DNA of 64,000 nucleotides from a virus, in the IMG/VR virus record IMGVR_UViG_3300021138_000002, positions 64,001 to 128,000 of that record. One strand, 5' to 3'. Shown here piece after piece: positions 48,501 to 57,661 of the stretch (positions are counted from its first letter, which is position 1; the number at the start of each line of letters is the position of its first letter). Made by a program: the position numbers and the translations under genes. Under the pieces are notes generated by a model, which saw only the letters and a list, made by a program, of their open reading frames with translations, made no database searches and was not told the DNA's origin.

Positions 48501-49211
48501 GGCTTAGGTTTAGCTACTGCTGATGGTAATCTTGACAGTGGCGATGCTTATGCTGGCGCATTTTATCCAAGCTGTACCACTACAGATTTAAGCGGTAATC
48601 TGGTAGTAACTGCACCAAGCCACATGATGTTGCGTACGATCATACGCAGCGACGAAGTAAGCTATCCATGGTTGGCACCGGCTGGTACACGTCGTGGTGT
48701 AGTAGACAATGCCACACAGATTGGTTATATCGTAGCACAGACCGGTGAGTTTACACCTTTGGGTGTGAGCCAAAGTCTACGTGATGTGTTGTATCAAAAC
48801 GACATCAATCCAATTACCTTTATACCAGGAGTGGGTATTACCAACTTTGGTAACCATACCCTACAAGGCACAGCCACAGCACTGGATCGCATCAATGTGG
48901 CCAGATTGGTCGCTTATCTACGTGCCAGATTGTCACAGATTGGTAAGACTTATCTATTTGAACCAAACGACACTATCACTCGCAATCAAATTACCAACAG
49001 TATCACTAACTTGATGATTGATTTGGTGGCCAAGCGCGGTATCTATGACTACTTGGTTGTGTGTGATCTTACAAACAACACACCAGCCAGAATCGATGCC
49101 AACGAACTATGGGTAGATATAGCCATTGAGCCGGTCAAAGCTGTTGAGTTTATATACATACCAGTACGTATACAGAACACAGGAACAATTCAGGCACAAA
49201 CATTAGCATAA
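45552..49211 (+). CDS. gp18: contractile tail sheath protein (T4 gp18-like) with large insertions
   Basis: LLSPGVQVSIIDQS, PWLAPAG.RRG, RDVLY...INPI, LDRINVARL, FEPND and EFIYIP. Confidence 0.95.
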   Translation: MALLSPGVQVSIIDQSNYVPAATNSVPYILLATAQNKVSGAGVGVASGTLAANANKTYLMTSQRDLLNTFGVPFFYNTTAGTPINGYELNEYGLLAAYSALGVTNQCYVQRVDIDLAALTASLTRPTGKPNNNTYWLDTTNTAWGIFEWNSTTGAFTNKIPSVITSTANLETGNTVPTFSYGSIGDYTVVAAGTQPANVAGALQNPEYYKRGGPTASQTSSANLSGLYNSWVSVGSDDWKTAWPTISGTQAPANLTATNTVVINNTHTITVPSSPNNTPANVSIQINSANITGVYSGVIGGALFVYADSQSVGFTGNVTAGTANVSAGTATLTFTNLGNAVPTPYPVGSTITVTGTASNNYDGTYDVVASSNTSVTFDFAGANIATSGGTITWPDSVSISGTALTSLGITAGSYSTPQYLASNSYQNPRWSSTSATAAPTGSVWQKTNNVNLGTNFVVKKYNSTLGVFVQQNCPVYSDDAAALYALDPAGGGTNIAAGSTYAQIDAYGNGTGTFMIWERYATGPTNITGYGIASDTFTSGNQFTISATQAGSTGINTATATLEGTTPSDFCAAVSAAGVPYVSATINSSGYIVFSHSQGGDIYLTPISGSPISEAGFDLGHGIVGLTAQNVTGETLVLSNWVSYPTFTYTVSSVAPDQNPLNGTYWYYSDTTQVDIMIQNNGQWVGYQTVNSDFRGYDLSQTNASGPQISVTAPTTQNDTAQSPLVYGDLWIDISNLDLYPVINRWESVTGQDQWVQIDNTNQTTSSGVLFADARWAPNGTTDPVADPLPTITSLLTSNYLDPDAPNPALYPDGILLWNTRRSGFNVKTFESNYFNTTTYPAYAWNAYTAYSIGNLVIDGGIEYICLKANTGQATGTNVYWTPITVTNTWLTASGNRPDGSAYMGRQAQRAIIVKALKSGIDSNTTIREEQNQFNLLACPQYPELAPNLAVLNTDRGQTGFVVVDTPLRLTPDDIVTWAGNNNGLGLATADGNLDSGDAYAGAFYPSCTTTDLSGNLVVTAPSHMMLRTIIRSDEVSYPWLAPAGTRRGVVDNATQIGYIVAQTGEFTPLGVSQSLRDVLYQNDINPITFIPGVGITNFGNHTLQGTATALDRINVARLVAYLRARLSQIGKTYLFEPNDTITRNQITNSITNLMIDLVAKRGIYDYLVVCDLTNNTPARIDANELWVDIAIEPVKAVEFIYIPVRIQNTGTIQAQTLA

Positions 49212-49216
49212 TGAAT

Positions 49217-49245
49217 CAGGACAAAATGGCCAAAATTTTGTCCTG
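49217..49245. terminator. hairpin between sheath and tube genes
   Basis: CAGGACAAAAT-GGCCAAA-ATTTTGTCCTG; no long U tract. Confidence 0.5.
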
Positions 49246-49287
49246 GCTCAGTGCCATAAATAACAGTAACTAGGAGATTAAAGAAAA

Positions 49288-49920
49288 ATGGCTACATCAT
49301 CATTAACAAATATGACCGTGCCTCTGGCCAGTGATCAAAGCACCACTAACCAAGGCTTGTTGATGCCAAAACTGAAGTATCGCTTTAGAGTGAGCTTCCA
49401 GAACTTTGGAGTATCGACACCGGTAACAGAATTGACCAAACAGGTGGTTGATTTCCAACGTCCCAATGTGACATTTGAAAATATTGATCTTCCTATCTAC
49501 AACAGCACAATCAAGCTGGCCGGCAAGTATAGTTGGCAAGATATCACCTGCAACCTGCGTGATGACGCTGCTGGCAATGTCAGCAGATTGGTTGGCGAAC
49601 AGTTACAGAAACAATTAGACTTTGCTGAAATGAGTTCAGCCAGTTCTGGTATTGACTACAAGTTTACCACTGTGTTTGAAGTACTTGATGGTGGCAACGG
49701 CAACAATGTTCCGATTGCATTGGAAACCTGGAACATACTTGGTTGCTATCTGCAAGGAGTCAACTACGGCGACATGAACTATGGAACTAATGAAGCAGCT
49801 CAAATTGCGTTGACCATACGCTTTGACAATGCCGTACAGAATCCGCCTGGACAAGGCGTTGGTGCAGTAGTTGGTAGAACATTGGGTGATGTGGCCACAG
49901 GCGTTGGTGTAGCACAATAA
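49288..49920 (+). CDS. gp19: tail tube protein (T4 gp19-like)
   Basis: PKLKYRFRV, AGKYSWQDIT..LRDD, W...GC and LTIRFDNA; follows the sheath gene. Confidence 0.9.
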   Translation: MATSSLTNMTVPLASDQSTTNQGLLMPKLKYRFRVSFQNFGVSTPVTELTKQVVDFQRPNVTFENIDLPIYNSTIKLAGKYSWQDITCNLRDDAAGNVSRLVGEQLQKQLDFAEMSSASSGIDYKFTTVFEVLDGGNGNNVPIALETWNILGCYLQGVNYGDMNYGTNEAAQIALTIRFDNAVQNPPGQGVGAVVGRTLGDVATGVGVAQ

Positions 49921-49933
49921 CTGATCGCTCGCT

Positions 49934-51127
49934 ATGACCAATTTGGCCTCATTTGGCGACAACATACTCCAGGGATTTTTTGGTACCAACGGTCTTAAAG
50001 ATTACAGTCACGCCAGCAAGACTTTTAGGACCAACAACTACGAGCTTACTCCTAGAACCAAGTACCTATTTCATTGCTATTTCAATGTCAACATAGGGCA
50101 GATTCCTGCATTACAAGGTCAATTCCAAAACAATGATATCAGCAGCATAGGCCTCATGGTCAAGACTGCAGATCTCCCCAGTTTCCAGATCACCAACGAA
50201 ACACTAAATCAATACAATCGCAAAAGAGTGGTACAGACCAAGATCAACTATCAACCGGTCACTATCACCTTGCACGATGATCAAAGCGATCTTATAAGAA
50301 ATCTCTGGTACAACTACTATACCTACTATTACAAAGACCCAACCTACGGCTACAACAATGTGCCCAATCAAAGCGGAAGCCTCGGCAAGTCGGCCACATT
50401 ACAAAATGGGTTTGGCTACAATACCGCCGACACCTATAGTGGTAGACAAAACACCGATTGGGGTTTTATAGGCGAAGGATATGCTGATAGCAGTCCAGGC
50501 ACAGCAGATGGTCAAAACAACGGCAAACCCAGATTTTTCAATGATATAACCATTTATGGCCTGGCAGCAAAAAGATTTGCATCTTATGTGTTGATCAATC
50601 CGATCATCACTGATTGGAAAAGTGACCAATACGATTACAGTCAAGGTGGCGGCACCATGAGCCATACTTTGACCATTGCATACGAAACAGTAAAATACAA
50701 CAGCGGCCCTGTTGGCGGAGCTACTCCTAGCAATGCTGTGGTTGGATTTGCTGACCCATCACACTACGATACAACCAAGAGCAGCTTATCAAGGCCTGGC
50801 GGAACAGCCACAGTGTTTGGTCAAGGTGGTATCGTTGATGCAGTAGAAGGATTTACCGACGATCTACAGGCGTTGGCATCAGGCCAAGGTGGATTGCAAA
50901 ATGTATTGGGTGCTGTGCAAACTGCCGGTACTGCTTATAACACATTCAAAAATGTAAATCTTGCACAAGTGGCCGGACAAGAAATTCAAAACATTGCTAC
51001 CAATGTGGCACAACAAGGTCTCACCGGCAGTGTAAGACAGGCAATCAATGCCGGTAACGGACAGTTTTTTCCAAGTGCACCACGTTTATCAACCGGTACC
51101 ACAGTACAATCACAATTGGGATTTTGA
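49934..51127 (+). CDS. tube-like baseplate/tail initiator (gp48/gp54-like)
   Basis: VKTADLP.F....NQYNRK....KINY.PVTIT.HDD...W..YY; LINP.I; TIAYE. Confidence 0.65.
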   Translation: MTNLASFGDNILQGFFGTNGLKDYSHASKTFRTNNYELTPRTKYLFHCYFNVNIGQIPALQGQFQNNDISSIGLMVKTADLPSFQITNETLNQYNRKRVVQTKINYQPVTITLHDDQSDLIRNLWYNYYTYYYKDPTYGYNNVPNQSGSLGKSATLQNGFGYNTADTYSGRQNTDWGFIGEGYADSSPGTADGQNNGKPRFFNDITIYGLAAKRFASYVLINPIITDWKSDQYDYSQGGGTMSHTLTIAYETVKYNSGPVGGATPSNAVVGFADPSHYDTTKSSLSRPGGTATVFGQGGIVDAVEGFTDDLQALASGQGGLQNVLGAVQTAGTAYNTFKNVNLAQVAGQEIQNIATNVAQQGLTGSVRQAINAGNGQFFPSAPRLSTGTTVQSQLGF

Positions 51128-51130
51128 TCC

Positions 51131-51490
51131 GTGAGCACAGTAAACTACGCCAACCCTAACAAAGATACCACGGTAAGAATCTTTGATCAATTTTACGGTT
51201 ACGAAACCTATGTGCCAGTTGATACCTATGATGTGGTCAACAGTTATTTTCGCAGTGTGTTTGGCACCGGCGAAGCAGCTGGAAATTTTACTGTTAGTTT
51301 ATTTAGAACAGCCGAACTCAGTGGCACACCGGTCTTGACCTTGCTAGAGCAGATACAAGGACAAACAGGCCCAGATCTAACCTTGAGCTTGGCCTATTAC
51401 CTCAATGCCACTCGCAGTACCAGCACCTTATTAGGATTAAACTTGGCCACACAACCCAATTACTATGTGGCACACAACATACGCAGTTAA
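51131..51490 (+). CDS. hypothetical protein
   Basis: 119-aa ORF tightly packed in the operon. Confidence 0.6.
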   Translation: MSTVNYANPNKDTTVRIFDQFYGYETYVPVDTYDVVNSYFRSVFGTGEAAGNFTVSLFRTAELSGTPVLTLLEQIQGQTGPDLTLSLAYYLNATRSTSTLLGLNLATQPNYYVAHNIRS

Positions 51491-51498
51491 GGTAATCT

Positions 51499-51942
51499 AT
51501 GCCTAAATTTGCACAAGGTCCCTACACAGTACGAAACGCCCAAAAATATGCCGGCAATGGTGTGCCCAAATATCGCAGCAGTTGGGAATGGGCCTTCATG
51601 AATTTTTGCGACGACAACAACAACATAATACAATGGGCCAGCGAACCAGTAAGGATACCCTATCGTCATCCGCTCACTGGTCGAATGACCACCTATGTGC
51701 CCGACTTTATCGTAACCTACCGCGGGCCCAACAATACTACTAGAGCCGAACTGATTGAAATCAAACCCAGCAGCCAGAGTCGCTTGCTGGAAAAACAAAG
51801 CCAACGCGATCGTGCCCAGGTGGCCATCAACTACTGCAAGTGGGCAGCCGCCCAGGCTTGGTGCAAACAGAATGGCCTGTTTTTCAGGATCATAACCGAA
51901 GACGACATTTTCCACCGAGGCGGTAAAAAACGCGGTAAATAG
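51499..51942 (+). CDS. gp4: head completion nuclease (T4 gp4-like, TnsA-type PD-(D/E)XK)
   Basis: YRSSWE..FM..CD....I.QWASE, IPY, YVPDF, IEIKP and KWAAA. Confidence 0.9.
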   Translation: MPKFAQGPYTVRNAQKYAGNGVPKYRSSWEWAFMNFCDDNNNIIQWASEPVRIPYRHPLTGRMTTYVPDFIVTYRGPNNTTRAELIEIKPSSQSRLLEKQSQRDRAQVAINYCKWAAAQAWCKQNGLFFRIITEDDIFHRGGKKRGK

Positions 51943-51945
51943 GTT

Positions 51946-52635
51946 ATGACCCATTATCTCTATAAAAAAACTCACAAAGAAACTGGTTTAAAATATTTAG
52001 GAAAAACTATATCAAAAAATCCCTACAACTACAAGGGGTCTGGGGTATATTGGAAATATCATATCAAAAAATATGGATACAATGTAGAAACAGAAATATT
52101 AAAAGAATGTTCAACCGAAGAAGAACTCAAACACTGGGGTCAATATTATAGCAAGTTATGGAACGTTGTTGAAAGTGAAGAATGGGCAAATCTTAAACCC
52201 GAAGAAGGAAGTGGCGGAGGTATGGTAGCAGGATCTGCCTCTGCTCAAAAACATTCGTCTAAAATGATAGGACATCCAAACTGGTTAAAATCTCAATCGG
52301 AATCAGCTAAAAAATTAATCAAAAAAGCTCAACAAGAGCTTATATCTAAATTAACACCCGATGAATTAATTTCTCGTATGAAAAATTCTTGTTGTCGCCC
52401 CGACAGTTATACTCCTGAAAGATCTAAAAAGATTAGCGAGGCATTAACAGGAAGGACTCTTAGCGACGAACATAAAAAAAATGTAAGTATCGGAGGTTCT
52501 AAATACAAAAAATCTCTTACACAAGAAGAAAAAATCATCAAATACGGTCGAGCAAATAATGGAAAAACTTGGAAAATTATCAATGGTAAACGAGTTTGGA
52601 TGGAAAAAGGAGATCCAAAATTACAAAGAAATTAG
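51946..52635 (+). CDS. GIY-YIG (Seg-like) homing endonuclease with NUMOD3-like motif
   Basis: YLYKKTH..TGLKYLGKT...YKGSG..W, WANL.PE.G.GG and ALTGRTLSDEHKKNVS; AT-rich. Confidence 0.85.
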   Translation: MTHYLYKKTHKETGLKYLGKTISKNPYNYKGSGVYWKYHIKKYGYNVETEILKECSTEEELKHWGQYYSKLWNVVESEEWANLKPEEGSGGGMVAGSASAQKHSSKMIGHPNWLKSQSESAKKLIKKAQQELISKLTPDELISRMKNSCCRPDSYTPERSKKISEALTGRTLSDEHKKNVSIGGSKYKKSLTQEEKIIKYGRANNGKTWKIINGKRVWMEKGDPKLQRN

Positions 52636-53111
52636 AAGAATTATTTCAGTTCGATCGACTCGACCCTGTCTCGGAACCTGATGAACCCACACTCTCTGTA
52701 GAACAAACTCGTGCGGCCATCGTGGCCATTGACACAAACATAGACAAAATTGATTTGGCATTGCCGGCCGTGCGTGATCTTGACACCAGCGATCAGGAAC
52801 TGGATGAGCTGGCCGAGTTGGCCAAACAGAGCTATCAGGATCTCAGTGATCTTGGCATGCAAGTAGAATCGAGATTTGCTGCCGAACTGTTTGCAGTGGC
52901 TGGAACCATGCTAGGGCATGCTCTTACAGCCAAGACTACCAAGCTGAACAAACGATTAAAAATGATTGATCTACAGTTGAAAAAAGCTCGTTTGGATCAA
53001 ACAGCCGTCAAGGAAGAACAGTTGCCCACTGCCGAAGGGCAGATCCTGAGCCGCAATGATTTGTTGGAACGCTTGATTGGCAGTAGAGATCAAAAAGACA
53101 AAAGTTCATAA
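52620..53111 (+). CDS. probable terminase small subunit (gp16-like); start uncertain (ATT at 52620 proposed)
   Basis: (I)TKKLEELF...ELDELA...YQDL.DLG..VE.R...E...VA..ML..A..AK...SRNDLL; AAGGAG 7 nt before the ATT. Confidence 0.55.
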   Translation: MTKKLEELFQFDRLDPVSEPDEPTLSVEQTRAAIVAIDTNIDKIDLALPAVRDLDTSDQELDELAELAKQSYQDLSDLGMQVESRFAAELFAVAGTMLGHALTAKTTKLNKRLKMIDLQLKKARLDQTAVKEEQLPTAEGQILSRNDLLERLIGSRDQKDKSS

Positions 53112-53132
53112 ATATCATATAGGGAAAAACGT

Positions 53133-53741
53133 ATGAAAAAATTTCAAGAATACCTCGCTGAATCAGAAAGAACCTACAATTATCGCATCAAAGTTGTAGG
53201 CGACACTCCTCCAAACTTCATGAAAGACATGGAAGAGAAACTCAAACAATTTGATATTGTCAAAATCTCAGCTCCAAAAACCACACCAGTACAGGCCAAA
53301 CCTGCAGATTTTCCAGCGTTTGACAATGACCGTGTGACACATGTGGATGTGGAATTCCGTTATCCGGCCATCGAACCACAGATCAAACAGATAGCTCAGC
53401 TGTTGATGTTTGATCCCAATCGTATTCGCATGCTCACTACACCATACGAAGACAGCATGGATACCGAGCGTGCCAAGATTGAAGAACAAAACAAAGATTT
53501 ATTAACTGATACCGATTTCCCTGCACCTGACAAGGAACAAAAAGCCTTGTACAAAGACTACAGCACCGAATATAACAACCATGCTGTGCTCAAAAATGCC
53601 TATCGCAGCGACTTCACTGTGGCTGGTGGCAAGACACCAGCGGCCAAAACAACTAACGATCTACCCATGGGCAAGAACAGTCCAATGACCACGATCAAGT
53701 TGCCACCCAAGCCAGCAACTGGCAACCGACCAAGAGGATAA
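53133..53741 (+). CDS. hypothetical head-associated protein
   Basis: N-terminus MKKFQEYLAES resembles the T4 capsid-targeting sequence. Confidence 0.65.
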   Translation: MKKFQEYLAESERTYNYRIKVVGDTPPNFMKDMEEKLKQFDIVKISAPKTTPVQAKPADFPAFDNDRVTHVDVEFRYPAIEPQIKQIAQLLMFDPNRIRMLTTPYEDSMDTERAKIEEQNKDLLTDTDFPAPDKEQKALYKDYSTEYNNHAVLKNAYRSDFTVAGGKTPAAKTTNDLPMGKNSPMTTIKLPPKPATGNRPRG

Positions 53742-53744
53742 ACC

Positions 53745-55856
53745 ATGGATAACTTTTTTCACAACATAAACAAACGCCTAAACGACATCGACAGTCGTCA
53801 AGATATCGCCGAGAGTGCCGTTAGTGAAATAGCACACGATACTGGCAAAAAGTTGCTGAGCAAAGGCGAACGCAGTGGACTGGCCAAACAGGCTCGTGCT
53901 GGCAAAGACATTGGCAAGCCTGGCAAAATGTTTAAAAAAGTTGCCGGTGATGCCGCCAAGCGTTACGGTAGCAAAGAAGCCGGCGAGCGTGTTGCTGCCG
54001 CGGCCATGTTTAAAAATGCTGCCAAGCACGAAAGTATCAGCAGTACCAGTGGTACCTTGGAAGAAGGACATTGTCCTACCTGTGATTGCTCACCATGCAG
54101 TTGCAACGAAGGCAATGCATTTAGTGGTGCAGTGGCCAAAGCCAAAGCAGATGGCATCCAAAAAGGCGAAAAGATTCGTGTGGGTGGTAAGACATATCCA
54201 GTCAAAGAAGCCGATCCAATGGGCATGGAAGAAGGCGCATTTAAAAATCTTGACATAGAACGTCAAGAACGAGAAATGAAAAAAGCACGTCACAGTTCTT
54301 TAAAACAAGTTCCTGGTGTACAAAATCTCAAGCCTGGTGCCAAAGAGCATCCATTAAAGAATGTGGCCAAAGGTATCAAAGCATTTGTGACCGGCAAAGA
54401 AGAGCCAATGGATGAGGCCAAAGCCAAACCCGATTATATCGATCTAGATCATGATGGTGACAAAAAAGAAACAATGAAAAAAGCTGCCGCTGACAAAAAG
54501 CGTAGCACTGGTACAGCGTTTGATCCAGAAGCCCGTAAACAAATGAAAACCGATCGGGAAGGTACTGGCAACTTTGACAAGAAAAAGATCAGCACCGGTA
54601 CAGTATATACTCGCCGTCACAAAGAAGATGACGACGAAGAAGTTACGAGCGATCAGCCAAAGAAAAAAGGCCGTCCTAAGGGACCAGCCAAAGGCCCTGA
54701 GCGTGTAACAGCCAAGGCTTGGAAGCATAAAGGTGGTCGTACTGTCAAAGAAATGGAAATTCCTCTAATCAATCGTGGCGAATACGATCAAGAAGGCGAC
54801 GAAGTCAAGGGCGACATGCATACCGTGATCCGTCATGCTCAAGAACTTGAAAAGCATTTGAGAGACAGCGAAAACTTGCCGACCTGGATTATCGAAAAAG
54901 TAGGCCAGATCAAAGGCATGATGACCAGCATTAGCGATTACATGTTGTCACAACACGAGCGTAATGCCGAACATGAAACCGGTCAAGAAGGTATCCGTAT
55001 TGCCGAGAAGATTACTAAAAATACACCAACCGGTGAAGTGATACATGATTTTGTACACAGCAAGAATCCCAAGTTTGCTGGCAAGAGCAAAAAAGAACGT
55101 ATCAATCAGGCTTTGGGTGCCAGTTATGGTATGAAGAAAAGCAAGATGGAAGAAGAATCTACAGCTGAAAAAGACGATCGTGCTGAGCATGCTGGCAAGA
55201 AGGTTGCCAAAGACATCGAGTATGATGACAAGAAAGACAAAAATTGGACAGCAGAACGCAAAGCTGCCGCAAAGAAAAAAGGCGAATGGGAGCCAAAAGT
55301 TGACGAAACAACAACTTCCGGCAGTGTAGCACCTGTGGCCAATGCTGCACCCAAGGCCAAAGGCATGTCATTTGGCAAAGGCGTATACGAAGGTGCTATC
55401 GCCGAAAGTTTTGACAAAAAATTATCCAGCGTACTCAACGAAGGTATGAATGTAAGCCTAAACATGAATGCCGAAGGTCAAAAATCAATCAATGTCAGTG
55501 CTGACGGTGATGATGCTGAGAAATTGGCTGAAATCCTAAAGTTAGCTGGCATGGGCGGTCATGCTGGTTGTAGTTCATGTGGTGAGTCACCATGTGGCTG
55601 TGACACTGTTGAAGAAGCTTACGGCGATACTACAGCCAACGAGAATCATCCAGATTGGCCAACCGATACAGAAACTGTAGATGCCGATGATCCACATTTA
55701 CGCAGATTCAGTGGCGGCTTGAATGGTCCTAAATCAACCGGACAGACCACAATCCCAGTCATAGCCGGTCAGCGTCGTAGAATGAGCACCATGGAAGAAA
55801 ACGTTACTCTTGAACGTAGCCTGTTTAAACTATACAAGGATTATAAAGGTCAATGA
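53745..55856 (+). CDS. large charged mosaic protein, putative processed internal head protein
   Basis: Short Lys/Glu-rich modules separated by [ILVM]-x-E motifs; PDYIDLDHDGD; two Cys clusters. Confidence 0.6.
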   Translation: MDNFFHNINKRLNDIDSRQDIAESAVSEIAHDTGKKLLSKGERSGLAKQARAGKDIGKPGKMFKKVAGDAAKRYGSKEAGERVAAAAMFKNAAKHESISSTSGTLEEGHCPTCDCSPCSCNEGNAFSGAVAKAKADGIQKGEKIRVGGKTYPVKEADPMGMEEGAFKNLDIERQEREMKKARHSSLKQVPGVQNLKPGAKEHPLKNVAKGIKAFVTGKEEPMDEAKAKPDYIDLDHDGDKKETMKKAAADKKRSTGTAFDPEARKQMKTDREGTGNFDKKKISTGTVYTRRHKEDDDEEVTSDQPKKKGRPKGPAKGPERVTAKAWKHKGGRTVKEMEIPLINRGEYDQEGDEVKGDMHTVIRHAQELEKHLRDSENLPTWIIEKVGQIKGMMTSISDYMLSQHERNAEHETGQEGIRIAEKITKNTPTGEVIHDFVHSKNPKFAGKSKKERINQALGASYGMKKSKMEEESTAEKDDRAEHAGKKVAKDIEYDDKKDKNWTAERKAAAKKKGEWEPKVDETTTSGSVAPVANAAPKAKGMSFGKGVYEGAIAESFDKKLSSVLNEGMNVSLNMNAEGQKSINVSADGDDAEKLAEILKLAGMGGHAGCSSCGESPCGCDTVEEAYGDTTANENHPDWPTDTETVDADDPHLRRFSGGLNGPKSTGQTTIPVIAGQRRRMSTMEENVTLERSLFKLYKDYKGQ

Positions 55857-56590
55857 AAGCCTTAAGAGATTACATCACCGAAAGTGAACACTGGATGCAC
55901 CATCCGGCCGAGGGCGACGAATTTGCCATTGAGTTGGCCGATGGAACCCTGGTGGAATCTTATATCTTGGAAACAGTGGAAGACTGTATCCTGTTGGATT
56001 CCAACCCAGAGATTGTATCCGTGTTAGAATCCTGGAACCTGCTGAGTGATCAAGAATCCGATGATGCTGTAATACTTGAAACCATGGGCTACGGTACCTT
56101 AGTTGGTGAAAATCGTGGCGGTAATTACGAAGAAATGGGTTACAGAAAATCAACTTCGGACAAATTTGTTTTACTTGATAGATTCCTTGATGCTGTTATA
56201 TTGACTACTAACAGTCTAAGAGAAGCCGAAAAAGAAGCTATAGAATGGGCCGAGCACGACGATATTGAAACTGAAGTTGTTGATCAAAAAACAGGTCAAA
56301 CTATATTTTCAGTTGATGGTGCTGCTGGTGCAGAAGAGCATATGGACGAAGCCAAGTATCATGGTAGAGAAGTGCCGTTAGGCAAACCCATGAAGGGCGA
56401 TGTAAAAAAATCTAAAGTATATGTGAGAGATCCAAAAACCGGCAACATCAAAAAAGTAAACTTTGGCGATCCCAACATGAGAATCAAAAAAAGCAGTCCC
56501 GCACATAGAAAAAGTTTTAGAGCAAGACATCATTGTGAGAATCCCGGATCACGCCTAAAAGCCCGTTACTGGTCATGTCGTGCGTGGTAA
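55853..56590 (+). CDS. putative internal head protein with basic C-terminal domain
   Basis: MKALRDYITES start; acidic middle; EAKYHGR...KKVNFGD...RKSFRARH.C...ARYWSCRAW. Confidence 0.65.
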   Translation: MKALRDYITESEHWMHHPAEGDEFAIELADGTLVESYILETVEDCILLDSNPEIVSVLESWNLLSDQESDDAVILETMGYGTLVGENRGGNYEEMGYRKSTSDKFVLLDRFLDAVILTTNSLREAEKEAIEWAEHDDIETEVVDQKTGQTIFSVDGAAGAEEHMDEAKYHGREVPLGKPMKGDVKKSKVYVRDPKTGNIKKVNFGDPNMRIKKSSPAHRKSFRARHHCENPGSRLKARYWSCRAW

Positions 56591-56607
56591 ACAAAGGAAA
56601 ATAAATT

Positions 56608-56901
56608 ATGGCAGAAGCAAACGTAGTTAGCTCGGCAGGTAATATTACCTGGTACACAGACAAGGCCGAAATAGCCGCCTTGGACAACAGCGTGACCTAT
56701 CAGGTCTATGCTACTGCACTGGGTTCTGCTGCCGCAGTCGGCAACATTTACAGTGCTCCTGTAGCCATACCAAACGGTGTTGTAAGACAGATCTACGTTG
56801 GAGCTGGCAACAAACTCACTGTGACCGGTACATTTACTGCCAAAGAACTTGGCACACAAAGTTCAGCACAGCATAGCGTATTCAACTCTTCAGGAGTATA
56901 A
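56608..56901 (+). CDS. small beta-rich hypothetical virion protein
   Basis: AAGGA SD; 97 aa. Confidence 0.6.
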   Translation: MAEANVVSSAGNITWYTDKAEIAALDNSVTYQVYATALGSAAAVGNIYSAPVAIPNGVVRQIYVGAGNKLTVTGTFTAKELGTQSSAQHSVFNSSGV

Positions 56902-56903
56902 CC

Positions 56904-57296
56904 GTGCGAGCCCGAGAATTTGTAAGTGAGGCAAGATTCAGTCAACGACCTAAGGCCAAGATGCATCACGACCATGCCCAGGTCCAAAAAGGTGTGCACC
57001 TAGCTCGAGATCCTGGTGGATACGATCGTATCTATCATTTGAATCGTCTCATGATGGCCACAGCCTGTGCCGACGGCAAGGGGACCGGCAAGATACCCAA
57101 TGTTGACAGCAGCAGTTGGTACGAAAAATACAACAGCATACATCCTTATACCGAAGAAGAACACAACATGGTCCGGCAGGCCATGGCCACTGTGCCCACC
57201 GACGGTGGAGAAATTGTCGACGATCATCGCAGTCTTGAACCCGATCATGTGCATCGAATCAGTCCTGTAAAAGGATTTCAGGGCTATCCCAGATGA
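56904..57296 (+). CDS. MRAREF-family paralog 1
   Basis: Shared N-terminus and SxEP...SPV..F.GY.R C-terminus. Confidence 0.7.
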   Translation: MRAREFVSEARFSQRPKAKMHHDHAQVQKGVHLARDPGGYDRIYHLNRLMMATACADGKGTGKIPNVDSSSWYEKYNSIHPYTEEEHNMVRQAMATVPTDGGEIVDDHRSLEPDHVHRISPVKGFQGYPR

Positions 57297-57661
57297 GAGC
57301 TCGCGAGTTCGTGATCGAAGGGCGACGAAGCAAGATAGATCACAGCTTCCAACACGCCAATCCTGGTGCCGTTATTCCCGGCAATCGAGACAGATTCTAT
57401 GATGGACGCACTTACGATAGTTATCGTATGGCCATGTTGAGCGGTATGCACCCAGATGATCTAGAAAAAGCCGATGTGCATTCCTGGGCCTCAAACATGC
57501 CCATGTACAATGCCTACACCCAAGCCGAACACGATAAAATTACTAGAGCCATGAAAAAAATGGGACACACTGTAAAACACATGGCCTATCAAGGTAGTCA
57601 AGAGCCACCAGACACACACAGGGTTAGCCCAGTAAACCAATTTACAGGATACAGTCGATGA
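57293..57661 (+). CDS. MRAREF-family paralog 2
   Basis: Same motifs; ATGA overlap with paralog 1. Confidence 0.7.
   Translation: MRAREFVIEGRRSKIDHSFQHANPGAVIPGNRDRFYDGRTYDSYRMAMLSGMHPDDLEKADVHSWASNMPMYNAYTQAEHDKITRAMKKMGHTVKHMAYQGSQEPPDTHRVSPVNQFTGYSR

Noticed and set aside
51487-51975. 162-aa minus-strand ORF
   Set aside because: Antisense to the well-supported gp4-like head completion nuclease.
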